Source: Sminthopsis crassicaudata (taxonomy: Eukaryota). Taken from it: a DNA stretch of 64,000 nt. The stretch spans positions 205,499,198-205,563,197 of the forward strand of contig NC_133622.1 in the NCBI RefSeq assembly GCF_048593235.1, read 5' to 3'. The position numbers and the translations under genes were made by a program. Shown piece by piece: positions 24,856 through 40,240 of the stretch. The notes below the pieces were generated by a model. That model was not told the DNA's origin. It searched no databases and saw nothing but the letters and a program-made list of their open reading frames with translations. Every line of letters begins with the position of its first letter. Within the stretch, counting starts at the first letter, position 1.

Positions 24856-25075
24856 ATTTCCACCCACCGCCAGAGTCACATGAAAATCCCTATTGTCTGG
24901 ACAACACCCCCCCAAACCTGGGCTACGTGCTCAGAATGCAGGGTGGTATCCTCTTCGTGTATGACAATGAACAGATGCTGAAACGCAATGAGCCCAGAAG
25001 CCTGCCATACCCTGACCTGGAAACCTACACAGTGGACCTCAGTCACATCCTGGCCCTCATCACAGATGGCCCAAC
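24856..25075 (+). CDS. AMPD3: AMPD3 exon 5 ([14 protein letters not shown]...LALITDGPT)
   Basis: ttttacag| and |gtatgt; 220 bp; frame continuous. Confidence 0.96.
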
Positions 25076-25513
25076 GTATGTTGGTTTTGTTATTATTCTT
25101 GTGAGGCAGCATGACATAGTGGGTAGAGAACCATTCTAGGAAGCAAAGAGGACGTCCGATATGTACTGGCTGTGAGATTCTGGGCAAGTCATTTAACTTC
25201 TAGTTAGCTTAGTGCTTTAGTTTAGTTGGTTAATTTAGTGTTCTAGATGGCACTTTAAGATTTTAAGTCACAGAGAAGACCCAGACATGCATTAGTAGAA
25301 GAATTCCTCACTCTCATGAAATCAAAATCCTTCTTATTCCTATTATTTCTCATCTTATATTCAATGGAGTTGAGAAGTAACAAGGACACTATTCTATTCA
25401 TTCTTTTTTTTTTTTTTTTTAATTAACATTTTCCAGGTTATTGCCTAGGTAGATAAAATAATTGCTTTTAAAATTAGATTAAATGTTAAGGTATAATACT
25501 CTTCTTCTGAAGA

Positions 25514-25514
<1 letters not shown>

Positions 25515-25552
<38 letters not shown>
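25515..25552. repeat. (TA)n microsatellite
   Basis: Direct reading. Confidence 0.9.
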
Positions 25553-25555
<3 letters not shown>

Positions 25556-26718
25556 GAAGATATATAAAGAAGAAGATATACATATGTATATATCTTCTGA
25601 AGATATATATATTTATTTATCTGAAGATATTCAGAATTTTAGGAGCTTGAGTAGCATAACGGATGATGAGGATGATGGGGACCGTATCCTGTCCCTGCCT
25701 GGTTTTAATTCCTGCTACTAGATCTCTATATTTTGAGAACCGTTCATCCCACATTGTAAACCATTCCCCATGTAGTCGGGAGTTATGGTCATCCATTATG
25801 GTGATCTGCTTTAAAAATGCTGTTCTTGAATTTTTACAGATCAGGGTTAAATCCAGGCAACTGAGGCAACAGTTGTGGCTTGTGATGATTCCCAAATTTC
25901 AGTAGAGCTTATATATTGTGTCCTCAGGGATATTTCCAAGATTGTGCTTGTAGTGTAGGGTGCTATCATCTGTTAATTTACAAAGGATGGTGAGCTTCTG
26001 CTGTATAATTCTGGCTACTTAACTATATATTCCTAGGTATTTGGTAGATAATCAATTTTTGTAAACTATAGTGATATACAGTCCAGTTTCTATCCTTTCT
26101 TTATAAAACCTACTTGACTGAGTAAGTCCAGGCTCCTTAATATTAAAGTTTCTGTAATTTCTGGTCCCAGTGATCTGGTCTTGTATTTCTTCCTTAGACC
26201 TTCCATTTATGCCCCTCAGCATGTCTGAACTATTACTATAATATGATAGCTAACATTTATAGAAGGCTTACTATGTACTTTTTTTTTTCCTATAGCACAT
26301 TCTAAGTGCTATACAGTTATTATATTATTAGATTCTCACAAACACTTTGGGAAGTACTATTATTATTAGATTAACGCATTGTCTAGATGAAGAAACAGGC
26401 AAACTAAGTGACTTGCCTAAAGTCACTCAGCCAGTAAGTGTCTAAGGCTGGATTTGAATGTATGTGTTCCTGACTACGGACCTGGTGCTCTATCCACTTT
26501 GCCATTACCTTCCTTGTCAGCAGATTGTTGGTTGGGTTTATGGGGATGTGACCCATGTAAGGCCTTTTGGTTTGGCTCTTGAATCTCAAGTCATCTTACA
26601 GGCTCCATCAGAGGTAAATCATTATCAGCTGCCTTCAGTAAGTCTAGAAGTGCGTCTCACTCTCACCATTTACTATTGCTCTTTGAAGAGGGAGGGGCAA
26701 TCTTTTGCCTCCCAAATT

Positions 26719-26720
<2 letters not shown>

Positions 26721-26751
<31 letters not shown>
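26721..26751. repeat. (CA)n microsatellite
   Basis: Direct reading. Confidence 0.9.
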
Positions 26752-26756
<5 letters not shown>

Positions 26757-27737
26757 TATATACACACATTTACATGTATACACATATATACTTACCTTTT
26801 TACATATACATACATATATGTAATTTATCTATCTATCTATCCATATATAAAATTTTCTCCTAGTTATATTGTAAAGGGCTAGAACTGAGCAAATGCACTT
26901 GGATAATGGAGCACGTGAGACTAATTGCCAATTGGACGGTTCTCTATTAACATGATTGAAGGTTGACCCTCCCCAGCTGTTCTGTGCTGACTTGATTGAT
27001 GGGACAAAGAGGGGGAAGTGATGTGTGTGGGTGGTGGAGGAGGAGGAAATTGAGGCATTCTCTCTAGTGGTGGTTGAGGGAGGAAGGTGGTGTGGAGATT
27101 ACTAGATCTAATCCCCTGACATCGACCTCAAGAGATCAAGATTAAAGACTTTTGGTGATCCTGACTCTGGCTAATTTCTGGGAAGACAGAGTTCCAGCAT
27201 TATATATCAAGAAAAACTTTAGCATTCACATTTACAAAATTTTGAGCTCCAAATTTTTCTCCCTCTCTCCTTCCTGTCCAAAAGTATACATTTCTAGCTT
27301 GTTTATCATGCCATATGAAAAGGTGAAAGAAACAAGCATCTGTTAAGCACCTACTATGTGCTAGGAGCTGACTAAGCATTTAGCAGATATCTCATTTGAT
27401 TCTCACAACAACCCTGCAAGCTAGACACCAACATTTCCCTCATTTTACAGTTGAAGAAATTGAGGTAGACAGAGACTAAGTGATTTGCCCAAGCTTACAC
27501 AGCTAGTACGTGTCTGAGGATGGATATGAACTCAGGTCTTCCTGATTCCAGATGTGGTTCTCATCCACTGCGTGACTTAGATGCTTTCCTGAGGCATCTA
27601 AGAGAAAGTACTGAACTTTCTATAATTGCTTTTGGATGATGGGCTTTGTGTTTCATGAAAATTGTTTGTTATTAACATGCTTCCTTGTCTGTGAAATAAG
27701 GGGATTGCACCTTCCAGTTCTGAATCTGTGATCCTAG

Positions 27738-28097
<360 letters not shown>

Positions 28098-28293
28098 TAG
28101 AGAAAGTTCTTGTGTATCAGAAGGGAAAAGAGGAAGTAGAGAAAAGAGCCCCCCCCCACCCTGTGAACCAGGAAATGGGCATCTACTAATTAGGGTGGTT
28201 ATGACATGCCCTTGCTACTTGTCTTCCTCATATTCTTCTTAGTGGATAGTGATTCCTTATTAGAAATGAGGCCAGATTATTTTAAAGATAAAG

Positions 28294-28504
28294 NNNNNNN
28301 NNNNNNNNNNNNNNNNNNNNNNNNNNNNNNNNNNNNNNNNNNNNNNNNNNNNNNNNNNNNNNNNNNNNNNNNNNNNNNNNNNNNNNNNNNNNNNNNNNNN
28401 NNNNNNNNNNNNNNNNNNNNNNNNNNNNNNNNNNNNNNNNNNNNNNNNNNNNNNNNNNNNNNNNNNNNNNNNNNNNNNNNNNNNNNNNNNNNNNNNNNNN
28501 NNNN
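28294..28504. other. Assembly gap (211 N)
   Basis: N run in AMPD3 intron 6. Confidence 1.
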
Positions 28505-29539
28505 CAGAATGTGAAGATCTAGTAAGAAAGATGTAAAGTTCTCTGGGAGTCCCGAGAAAGGAGAGATCACTTTCTGCTAAGGGCTTGGAGAGGACTTAAT
28601 GGAGGAGATGGTATTGGAAGTGGGCATTGAAGGGATGGATAGAGAATTGGACAGATGGAGCTCAGCCAGACTCTGGGAAAACATGCGTTATTTTCTCAGG
28701 AGGTGACTAGCTTCAATTTGGCTGAAACATAAGATATGTCAAGTATAGTAATAGGAGATGATTAGAAAAGGAAATTAGGAGGAAATCATAGTGAACCTTG
28801 AATGCCAGAAGAGTTTAGACTTTATTCAGTAGGGAATAAGACTCATTGACAGTTTTAAAACCAGAAAATGACATGATTAGAACTGTGTTCCAAGAAACTA
28901 TTTGACTGTTGGTAAATCCCTTTCCCTTTCTAGGTCTTAGTTTCTCCATTTACAATGTGAGAGTTGAGGTAGATGATCATAGATGAAAAGATGGAAGGGA
29001 CATCTTATTTTAGAGAAGGTGAAACTGAGGTCCTTCACTGGAAGTTAAGTGTCAAACCCATGATAAGTGGAATAGGGAGTCTTTACCCATAGAGGAAGGT
29101 GGTTGAGGGTAGCCCTTCTTCCGTCACTGGGTCATTCAGAGATAAATGGAAGTCAGATTGAGCTCAGGTCCCCTGACTTTAGTCATTTCTTAGTGTACTA
29201 GGAATGACATTAACATGTGGTGATCTCTCTGGCTACAATTTGCAAACAAATTGCCAAATCTGAACCAGTGGAGAGAGTTTGCATACCGCGAACTCCTCAC
29301 ACTCCTGAAATCATAGATCTAGATCAGGATGGGGAAAAAGACTAAGACTTATATGGCAGAATTATAAGGATGAATTGGAAAGGAAAGACACTGGAGGCAG
29401 GGAAACTATCTGGGATATATCATACTAGTTTGGCAAGGAATCATGTGTATCTTAACCAAGTGGGGGGAGAGGAAGTGAATGGGAAGAGATGGATGAGAGA
29501 GAGGTTTCAGAGTTAGAACTGTCAAGACTTAAGTCTTGG

Positions 29540-29790
29540 GGGGGCCATAAAAGCTATCTTCAGGAACTTGAAGGGCTGCCACGTGGAGAAGGAATTAAGA
29601 CTTGTTCTCTTTGGCACCAGAGGTCAGAACCAAGAACAGAGGTTGATGTTACAGAGTCAGATTTGGGTCTGATATCAAGAAAACAGCCTAACGATTAGAG
29701 CTCCCCAGAACTATAACGGGCTCCTTGGAGAGTGGCCAGTCCCCTCTCCTTGGAGGCTAGACTTGGTGGTTATGTTTATAGTAGACATTT
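29540..29790 (+). mobile_element. CR1/L3 3' remnant
   Basis: gaagggctgccacgtggagaagg...acttgttct...cccctctccttggagg. Confidence 0.55.
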
Positions 29791-30069
29791 ACAGTGGACA
29801 CTTCTTTCATAGATGGTGACTCATGGTCATGAGATCATAGAGTGAGAGCCGGGGAGGGATCTTGCCCTGAATTCAAATCCAAGGTCTCCCACTATCTATG
29901 TGACAAGTCCCTTAAGTCTTTGGGACTTTGTTTCCTCAATTGTAAAATGAAGACATTGGACTAGATGGCCTCTAAAGGTCCTCTCAGGATTTTATCTCTA
30001 TGATCTTATGTGCCGTATTCCTCACCCTACATGACTTTCTAACATAACAGAAAAGGCATTTGGGTTTAT

Positions 30070-30071
<2 letters not shown>

Positions 30072-30101
<30 letters not shown>
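30072..30101. repeat. (CA)n microsatellite
   Basis: Direct reading. Confidence 0.9.
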
Positions 30102-30107
<6 letters not shown>

Positions 30108-31824
30108 CACGTCCCTTCTGTAAGGGAAGAAGGCTACATGGGAAATTGTATGTCTTCGTACTTTTGCTTTTACCAGCTCTTCTCCTTGATGGAAGAACAT
30201 GGCGAAGCCCATGTTGAGAAGGCATAGATTGGTTATGATCTGCAATGGTGAAAGGAATACCCTCCTCTTCAAAAAGATCACAGATAGATTGGAGATGATT
30301 CATTCTACCCCACCATCCAGTTACTGAGCCACCATCATCCAAATGAAAGTCATTTTTAAATGTCATAGCTGCCAAAAAAGATCCACCTTAAGCCTTTAAA
30401 AAGGATAAGCTTGTGGACTTTAATTTTTTTAAGTGAAAATCAAATAAGATAGAGAAATATTATGTACCAAACTACATAGTAATTTTTCATCCAGAATATT
30501 TTAAATAGCATCAAGTACTTTTCTCCTCCAGAGACAATAAATGAATAGTGAGGCTTATAGTGATCTAGTTTAGAGATACATGGGGGTAACCTTTGATTTC
30601 ATGGACCGGCAGACCTTCTGGGTGCCTCTCTCCTCCCATGGTGCCTTAATAAGGAGAAAGGGAATAAGCTTTATATATAGCACTTATAGGCCAGTAAAAT
30701 GGGGATGATGATAACATCTACTTTACAAGGTTGTATGAGGATCAAATGAAATAGTATTTGCAAAGCACTTTATCAATTGTAAGTGATACATTAATGTTAG
30801 GAATTATTATTTTTGTTCAAATCCTAGCCCTGCTGGTTGCTACCCATAGGATCCTTAGTAAATCACTTTAATGTTGAGTTTTTTCCTCTGTATAATAGGA
30901 GAATAGGATAGGGATCATAGAACCCTAGGTCTAGAGCTAGGAAGGCTTTGAAAAGCCTTTGAACCTCACCCTCTCATTTTACAGATGATGAAACTTGAGA
31001 TTCAGCAGATGAAGCAATCTGCCTGAGATCACACAGGGAGCAAACATCAAAATTGGAATTTGAACTCAGGTCCTCAATGTTCTCTGAGATTCCTTCCACC
31101 TCTGAGTCTCTGACTCTTTATGTTTTACTAATTGAATTGGTCTTCTGCTCGCCACAGTCACTAATCACCAGGTAGAAATTGTATGTTTGTGTCTTTCATT
31201 CTACCTTGTTTGATCTCCCTGGAGGCTGACTGTGTGGGCTAAGAATTCCTACCCGAGGGATGGTGGCTTATTGTAGAAGCCAAACAAACAGGGTGACCAT
31301 GAATTAAAAACTGTTTGCTCATTTGAGAAGAGGGATCATGGTGTATTGGAACGAGCCCTGAATTTGGAGCCAGGAGACTTAGCTCTGATCATGGATTGGA
31401 TAAACTGCTTTACCTCCGCCTCTCATCCTCTGGGAAATAAGGTCCAAGGGCTAAATGATGTTAAAACCTTTGATTCTGAGATAATCTGTGGATATCTGTG
31501 AGATATCTGTGGATAATTGGTAAAAGGGAATGCCTAAAAGTCCGACACTATAATTTGACATTTGTTGTGTGAAGAAAGAAGATAAGATGGCATCAGATAG
31601 AATAGGAAAGGGAAGAAAGAAGAAGAAAGGAGATGAAAAGGAAAAGAAAGGAAGGGTTGGGGAAAATGACATGCACACAAATTGTTATGATAATTAGTCT
31701 ATGTAGGGTACAACGTGCTCTGGAAGTTTGTCCAAAGGAACAAGATGATTCCTTCTGTCTCAATGATCTTGAGTAGTCGGCGTACAAGGTACTGGGGTTA
31801 CTCCTCTGTCTCCTGCTAACCTGA

Positions 31825-32055
<231 letters not shown>

Positions 32056-32145
32056 TGATTCACCTGGGTACTGCCAGCAGGAGTGTGGAAATTACAGAGA
32101 GATCCCCATTGGCTCAACATGATAATAATTCACTATCTCAGATGA

Positions 32146-32508
<363 letters not shown>

Positions 32509-33404
32509 TGAAAGATGGGCCAGCCTCAAACCAGCTAGACCTCTCTCTTCTATTCCCTCGTCTCCCTAGCTAGAAGATGGGTGGATTTCAGCTGCCAAAT
32601 TCCTTACTCACCAATGTGGTTCCATTTGTGATCTCTGTTCTGTTTACCCATCAATCTCATTCATGCACATATCAAGACATCACCCTTTGATGTCTTTGGT
32701 CCTCTTCAAAAATGAAGGACGAGTAATATTCTGTTTATCAGTCAAATAAAGAAAAGAGTGAGGCTAGATTATCGCCAATCAGAAATCATGGAAATTCAGA
32801 GCAGGGTTTGAGTCCAGAGATGCCCAGCCTCAGAGATAAGTGAGACCTTCAGACTCATCTGGTCCTACCTCCTCATAGGAGCATAGGATTTAGAGCTCGA
32901 AGCAATCCTGGAGGCTACCAAGTTCACACCCCTCATTTTACAGTGAAGTAAACTGAGGCTTAGAGAGAGGAATTGGTTTGTCCGGTATCACACAAGTCTA
33001 GTACAAGAATCCAGCAGACACAGAAGCAGATCACAGGTTAGGTGACTCCCAGTTTAGGTCTCTTTTCCCTTCAGAACCATTCTAGATGCAGTTGGTAGTT
33101 GGGCCTGCTCCCAAGGGGTTGCTGTGCCCTGTCCCAAAGCTGTGATTGTGCCCTTCCTCAGGGCTCTCAGGGATGTTTCTGATGGACCTTTAGTCCAAGG
33201 GCAGTACTTCTGAGAAGAGGACAAATGAACTAAGTGATATACAGCATAAGGTACTTAGGTTTGCTCTAACAAAGAACTTCCCAATATCAAAATAAATGGC
33301 TAAGGGAGCTTTGGGATCTCCATACTAAATGATTTTTTGGCATTGGAAAGGTATTTAACCTATTCTAAATCTAAGCTTAGAAAGAGAGTTTAATTTAGAT
33401 AGGT

Positions 33405-33655
33405 TAGATAGGTGGTGCAGGGGATAGAGCACCAGACTCAGAGTCAGGAGGACTCATCTTCTAGGAGTTCAAATCTGGCTTCAGATACTTACTAGTTGTG
33501 TGACCTTGAGCAAGTCACTTAACTCTAAGTTTGCCTCAGTTCCTCATCTGTAAAATGAGCTGGAGAAGGAAATGGCAAATCACTCCAATATCTTTGCCAA
33601 GAAAACCCCAAATGGGATCACAGAGATTCAGACACAACTGGAATAAACAACCACA
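33405..33655 (+). mobile_element. MAR1-type CORE-SINE
   Basis: gatagagcacc...gagttcaaatc head, CORE, and ggagaaggaaatggcaaatcactcc tail. Confidence 0.8.
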
Positions 33656-33803
33656 AAAATCCCCTAAAATGATTGGGTGGTAGGGGGCTGGATAAGACCT
33701 CTTCAGGTTCCTCTTAGGCAGGGATTCTGTGACATAAATACTATAGTCCATCCACCTCACCCCCTCTAGATGTTGCTCAGAGCTAAGAATGATCTTGAAA
33801 TGA

Positions 33804-33991
<188 letters not shown>

Positions 33992-35446
33992 GTAAGTGAG
34001 GGCCCTGCTCACTGGGCTTCCCCATGTCTCACCCCCAGCATTCCACTCTTCCAGCTGCGACTGCTCCTGCCTTCCTTCTACGCTCTCCTCTTACTACCAC
34101 CATAAGGTTCTACTACTCCAGCTGGTACCATGTTCTTCCCTCTTCATGCCCAAAGCTTTGGTCGTGTGCTCCATTTTCTAGCTCTGGCCTTAAAGCTTCT
34201 TCCCTGAAGTTGGTGTTAGAATGTTCCCTAATTTGTAAAGTACTGGTTGTGAAACCAAAGCAAATGGGTTAAATCCTTTGGAAAAACAAACAAACAAAAA
34301 ACAAAAAACAACCTTTTATTACCCTTATGACATTGGACAACTCACTTAACTTTCCTGGGCCTCAGTTTCCTCCTCTGTAAAATGAATGAGTTGGACTAGA
34401 TGACCTGAAATATCTCTTCCAACTCTAGATTAGCGATTAGATGCTCTATAATCGCTCTAGGGACTTTTTTAGATTTTTTAGTTCACTTACCTGATGGCTC
34501 CCAGGTGATGCTCTAGGCCTTTCTCCTCCACATGAGAGTTTGTGTAGAGAAAGATATCTCATAGGTGGGGACAGTGGCCTTTTCTTAAGGGATGCTTCCC
34601 TCAAAGATCCTGTGAGAGGAGTCCTGTATTGTGGTCCTGGTTACCAAACATCAAAGACTAGATTGAGGCTCCCAGGATAAATCAGTGGTTTGGGGGCAGA
34701 GGAATTTACAATGACCAGAGCTGGAGAAGACCTTGGGAAGTCAAGCTGCTGGATTGGGGGAGAATTAAGGTCAATTAAGGGTGGGGAAAAGAAGTAGAGA
34801 TCAGAAGAGCCAGGTGGGCCCAGACAGAGACGAGAAGAGGGCAGAGGATGATGGGGAAGTTTAAGCAGGTAGAGGTCACATGAGGTGAGCAGAGTGAATG
34901 GCAGTTAGAGGCCAGAAGTACTTTCCAAGTTAACAAGTTAGGAGGAGAAATCTTAGGGCCGGCAGAGATGAGGCCATCGGGATTCCCAGGAAGGTCTCCA
35001 TACATAGGGAAGAATTTTTCTTTAATAGATTTCTTCAATCAGTAAATCAGCAAACATTTTTAGGCACTTCCTACATCCCAGTCCCTGTCCTAGGTGCTGG
35101 AGAAACATTGACATTAAGTGGAAAGTTGTAGAGTGAGATTCTGAAGATGGGAAGCCCTTCCTCGACATCCCAGATGGTCAGAAGTAAGAGGGGCTGCTGC
35201 AAGCACTAGTGACTTCCTTTCACTGGTGATCTTCAGGCAGAAGCTGGGAGATAAGCGCTTGCCAGGGAATATTCTAGAGGAGATTTTTGCTCTTGGGGTG
35301 ATGAGCCTTGAGGTTGCTCCCACCCCACATACAGAGATGTGCCCTGCCGGGCAGGGGGCTGATTGGTTACTCAGGCATTTGCCTCTGCCCTGGGCAAAGG
35401 GTAGTGGGTCTCGGAGTCCAGAACCATGTTTTTTCCTATCCTCCAG

Positions 35447-35573
35447 TGACATATTTAGATCCAAAAAGCTGCTTCCGAGTTTTGGGAAAATGCTGGAGAA
35501 CATCTTCTTGCCTCTTTTCGAAGCCACGATCAACCCCAGGGATCACAAGGAACTTCACCTCTTCCTCAAATAC
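35447..35573 (+). CDS. AMPD3: AMPD3 exon 10 ([20 protein letters not shown]...LFLKY)
   Basis: ctccag| and |gtaagt; 127 bp. Confidence 0.97.
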
Positions 35574-36234
35574 GTAAGTCAGGGCATTCTGCTGTAGGTC
35601 TCTGTGTCTGGAAGAGTCAGGGACCGTGAGGTCATTCTGCCTGCCTCCCTCCCTCCTGGGTGCTCTCCTTCTTGGCCACATTTGTTTCCTGAACCAAGGA
35701 ATAAAGCTCGTGGCTATCGCACACCCCAGTGTCCTCTCCCCCCAAGCTTACTATCTCTCCCAGCATTCTGGGTGGTCCATACCCCAGAGGTGAAGGGCCC
35801 ACATTCTTCTAAAAAACCCCACCTTCATTCTGCCCCCTTAGCTGGCTGGAGATGAAAAACTGGCCAGTGCTGTGGTTGTCCTCTAGTGGGCACATTAGGG
35901 AAATACATGTGTTTACGGGCTTCCATTTATTGTACAGACCCTCCTATGTGGCTGCTGAGCCAAAGGAGGGGGTGGGATGTGGGAAAATGAAACTGTGGTC
36001 TAGAGGGTCACCGGTGCACAGGAGTCTATCTGCTTAGACTTCCTTCCTGGAAAAAAAAACAAAAAAACCCCAACAACAACAACTCAGGATTTCTTTTCTT
36101 AAAAATAGAAAATGCCAATTCAATGACTTTAAGCACCAGCAACAAAGGTGATTTTCACTAAATATGGCTGCTACAAAATATAATAAAAAAACCAAAACAG
36201 GTTATGGCTGACATCTTGAGTTTGGGAGTAGGAC

Positions 36235-36630
36235 ACAGAGAAAGAAATGAAGATTAGGAAGATGTGGGAGGTGGGGGAGGGAGGAAACAAAAGGAAGAGA
36301 GGGAGGCAGAGATAAGAGAGACAGAAATGACAAAGAGACAAGAGAAACAGAAACAGAAAAAGAGAGTTGGATAGAAGTGAGAGATAGAGACAGATAGAAA
36401 CAGACAAAAGAGACAGAAATAGCCAGAGATAGAGACAGAGAGACAGAAACAGCCAAAGCCAGAGAAAAAGAGAGACAGACACAGAGACAGAGACAGAGAT
36501 AGCCAGAAACAGAGATAAGAGAGATGGTAAGATAGACAGAAATGAGAGATTGACAGAAATATACTATGGAGACAGAGATAGCCAGAGACAGAAAGACAGA
36601 CAGAAATGAGAGAGAGACAGAGAGAGAGAT
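36235..36630. repeat. Purine-rich low-complexity tract (GAGACA/AGAT/AGAC units)
   Basis: About 400 bp, very T/C-poor on the + strand. Confidence 0.9.
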
Positions 36631-36815
36631 GAAGGGGTTTGCCTTTACTGCCCCCGCCAACAAAGATGGCTCCCAGTTCTGCAACTTGGCTGGCTTTTGG
36701 GGGCTTTTCCTGGGGTTTAAGAGTAACCCTTTAGCAGGAATTACTGGCTGGGAAGTCCAAACTCTGCAGCAGTGCTGGCTGTGTGGTGTTCAGGATTTAT
36801 TCTTTCCCCCACTAG

Positions 36816-36980
<165 letters not shown>

Positions 36981-38575
36981 TAGGTGCTCGGGCATTAACC
37001 CTTGACCTAACCCCAGCAGGGCTAGCCAAATGTCACCCTTGGTTATTGGGCTGGAACTAGAAGGGACCTTAGGACCCATTCCAACTTCCTCATTTTACAG
37101 ATGAGGAAACTGAGGCTCGAGGAGTGGAATGACTTACTCAAATTCACATAACCTGTAAGTGAGAGAAGTGGGACTTTGACCCAAGCCTTTTAACTCCAAA
37201 TCTCTAACTAACCTTGTTCTTTCCCTTCTCAGTCCTCCATTTTCCTCCAAAAATCAACCAGCTTATTAAACAACACATTAAAATGCCTACTGTGCACTGG
37301 TACTAGGCTAAATGCTGGGGGTACAAGGACAAAAATGGCTCATGTTTGTGAACAGTCCTTGCCCATAAGGAGTACATATTCCATGGTCCCCTATTCACAG
37401 AGTTAATGTGGCTAACCTTAACACTCTTCTCCCAAGTCTAGATTCTAGTTTGACTCTTTCCACCTGCTTGCCCTCAATGACCCTTGCCTGCTACCAAACA
37501 CTTAGAACTCTGCCTTCTGTTATTCCCAGCTTCTAACTGCTAACCTTGCTCTCCCCTTGCTTCTGAGCTGAACCTTTAACTACGGCAATTAAGAAATCCT
37601 TGGTGATTTAGGGCAGTTTCAGTTGAATGATGAGGTTGAGGAAAGAATAGGAAGTGCAGTTTAGCCATGAAAAAAAGGAGAGACTGAAGATATCGGCTAG
37701 CAGGGGTGAGGAAGGATGGGTAAATTTCCATTTTTTTTCTCTCTTCCTTCATCATACCTGGGCAAAAATGGCTGTCCTCTCCTTTTTTTCCCTTTTTTTG
37801 TCTCTTCTCAATACTTGGCTCCCCTGAAGTCAGTGGTCGGTCCCTTTTGGCTCTTAAAGGTCAGATCTCTATCCACTATACATATTTGATGAATAAAATA
37901 GCTTAAGGAGGTCTTTGAGGCCCATTTTCCATCTTTGTAGGAAATGTGCAGTCGAGTAGGCAGAGAAGACCTTGACCTAATTGGATGATGTTTGAGCTCA
38001 GTCTGAGCCCAAGGGGCCAGGCTAAGGGCAAGGGACGGTGATAGAGCCGAGTCCCTGGGACATGGCCTGAGCCAGGCTCCTGAAGGACCCGGGGCCTTGC
38101 TGGCCACCCCTCTGTGGCTGCCTGAGGGCCTTGGCGATTTTGGAGAGGGCATGTCGGCAATCTACAGGGTTTGAGATTGGGGCGGGAGGAGAGGAGTCTT
38201 GCGTGGAGATGAGAAGATCTAGGATGAGCTGGTGCAGAGAGGCAAAAATGGCAAAGAGTGTGGCTTGGTGATAGATCTTAGAGACATTAGTCTTCAAGTC
38301 AATGGACAGGGCAGGAAGACAGGGCAATGAGAATTTGAGCTCTTAATATGTGCCAGGCACTGGGGAGGCAAAATAAAGATAAAAATAGTAGCCGTTCCCC
38401 TTCAGGAGCTCATATTCTGTCAGAAGAAACGAGTACTCTTCTGGATCACTCAACAGGAGCTTTGTGTCTCATTATGAGTGGACTAGGTACCCTCTGATGT
38501 CCCTCCCACCCCCTAGACTTGGTGACCGGTCCCCTTTCTCCTCTTTTCCTTAAGGTGGGACAATTTCCCCCATAG

Positions 38576-38893
<318 letters not shown>

Positions 38894-39761
38894 TAACAGA
38901 AATACAGCTACACAAAGCACAGATGGGCTTGGCAATGCAGCCATCATTCCAAACCCATGGTCGGCCATCTCTCTCCTGAGGGGAAGGCGTGCGGTTTCAC
39001 AGCCAGGCCTCTGAAGTGTGCTGGTGACAGTTTTCAGTCCTTGGGGTCCCAATGGGCAGTGTTCTGCTTCTGCTAACTGCTCTACATCAGTTCCTAACAT
39101 TTTTCTTAGGTTTTTCTGAGTTTTTCCTATTTATCCTTTCTCATGTCTGTTTACTTTCCATGGAGGCTCAGCAGTTCAGCCGGGTCAGGGACCACGGCCA
39201 CTGGTATCCAAGACCATAAAGGGGTTAAGTGGGATGATGTCTCTTGCGAGATTTTTCTCCCCGATGACTCGGCTACAATCCCTGGGATTCCAGGCTGTCC
39301 CTGCAAGATGGTCTACCAAAGGCTGCTGATTCTGGCACAGAGAACTTGTTACTGGGGCTCAGCTGCCTTCCTGGGACGTATTCAGCTTCCTCCTCTGGAG
39401 CTGGGACTGGGAAAACTCAGCCAGGCCGCGCTAGGGAGGGCTTCCTTTTATTTTGTATGGCCTTCAGACAGAGGTTAAAAGGGCTGTGCCCAGAATGAGA
39501 GCAGGGAAATCCCCAGGATCCGAGGGGTTCAAGTGGCAGGTGCTATAGCTGACCAGACGTACAGGAACGTGGAGGGTTCGGGCTGAGGGGACCCCCCAGC
39601 AGGGAGCCCCCCGTGGAGTCACATACCTGTGGCTTGGCGGGGAGCTCACACATTCTTTGGAAACAAACACTGCCCAGACACAGCAAGTGGAGGCCTCCTT
39701 TTCCTGTTATCAGGAACTGTCTTGATGGATGATGACAGATCCCTCTTCTATTTTTCCCCAG

Positions 39762-39935
39762 AGTCCAGTCTTGCAGTACCTCTATTACCTCGCCCAGATC
39801 CCCATCGCCATGTCTCCCCTGAGCAACAATAGCCTGTTCTTAGAATATTCCAAAAACCCACTGCGGGAGTTTCTTCACAAAGGACTCCAGGTCTCCCTCT
39901 CCACTGATGACCCCATGCAGTTCCATTATACCAAG
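39762..39935 (+). CDS. AMPD3: AMPD3 exon 13 ([14 protein letters not shown]...[14 protein letters not shown])
   Basis: ccccag| and |gtgagc; 174 bp; SLSTDDP deaminase signature. Confidence 0.97.
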
Positions 39936-40019
39936 GTGAGCACTGGGGAGGGGCTTCTCACACTGGCCAATCCCCCAGACCCAGGCCATGACCGTTGTTG
40001 CTTATCTGAATGAGTTGAG

Positions 40020-40240
40020 TGGCTACAGAGTCCTGGGCCTGCAGTCAGGAAGACCCAAATTCAAATACAACCTCCGATGCTTCTTATCACTTAACCTCTC
40101 TCAGGCTCAGTTCTTGAACTGTAAAATGGGCATAATGATAGTACCTACCTCCCAGGGGTATTGGAAGTATCAAATGAGGTATCTGTAAAGTGCTTGCTTA
40201 GTGTAGTGCCTGGCACATAGTAGGTGCTAAATAAATGCTT
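40020..40240 (+). mobile_element. MIR-type SINE
   Basis: gtcaggaagaccc...ctgtaaaatgggcataatgatagtacctacctcccaggg...gcctggcacatagtaggtgct. Confidence 0.75.

Noticed and set aside
36171-36684. S/L/V-rich ORFs of 103 and 160 aa
   Set aside because: Produced by the low-complexity purine tract.
37808-38327. Overlapping antisense ORFs in AMPD3 intron 11
   Set aside because: GC-rich intron sequence with no homology or splice structure I can support.
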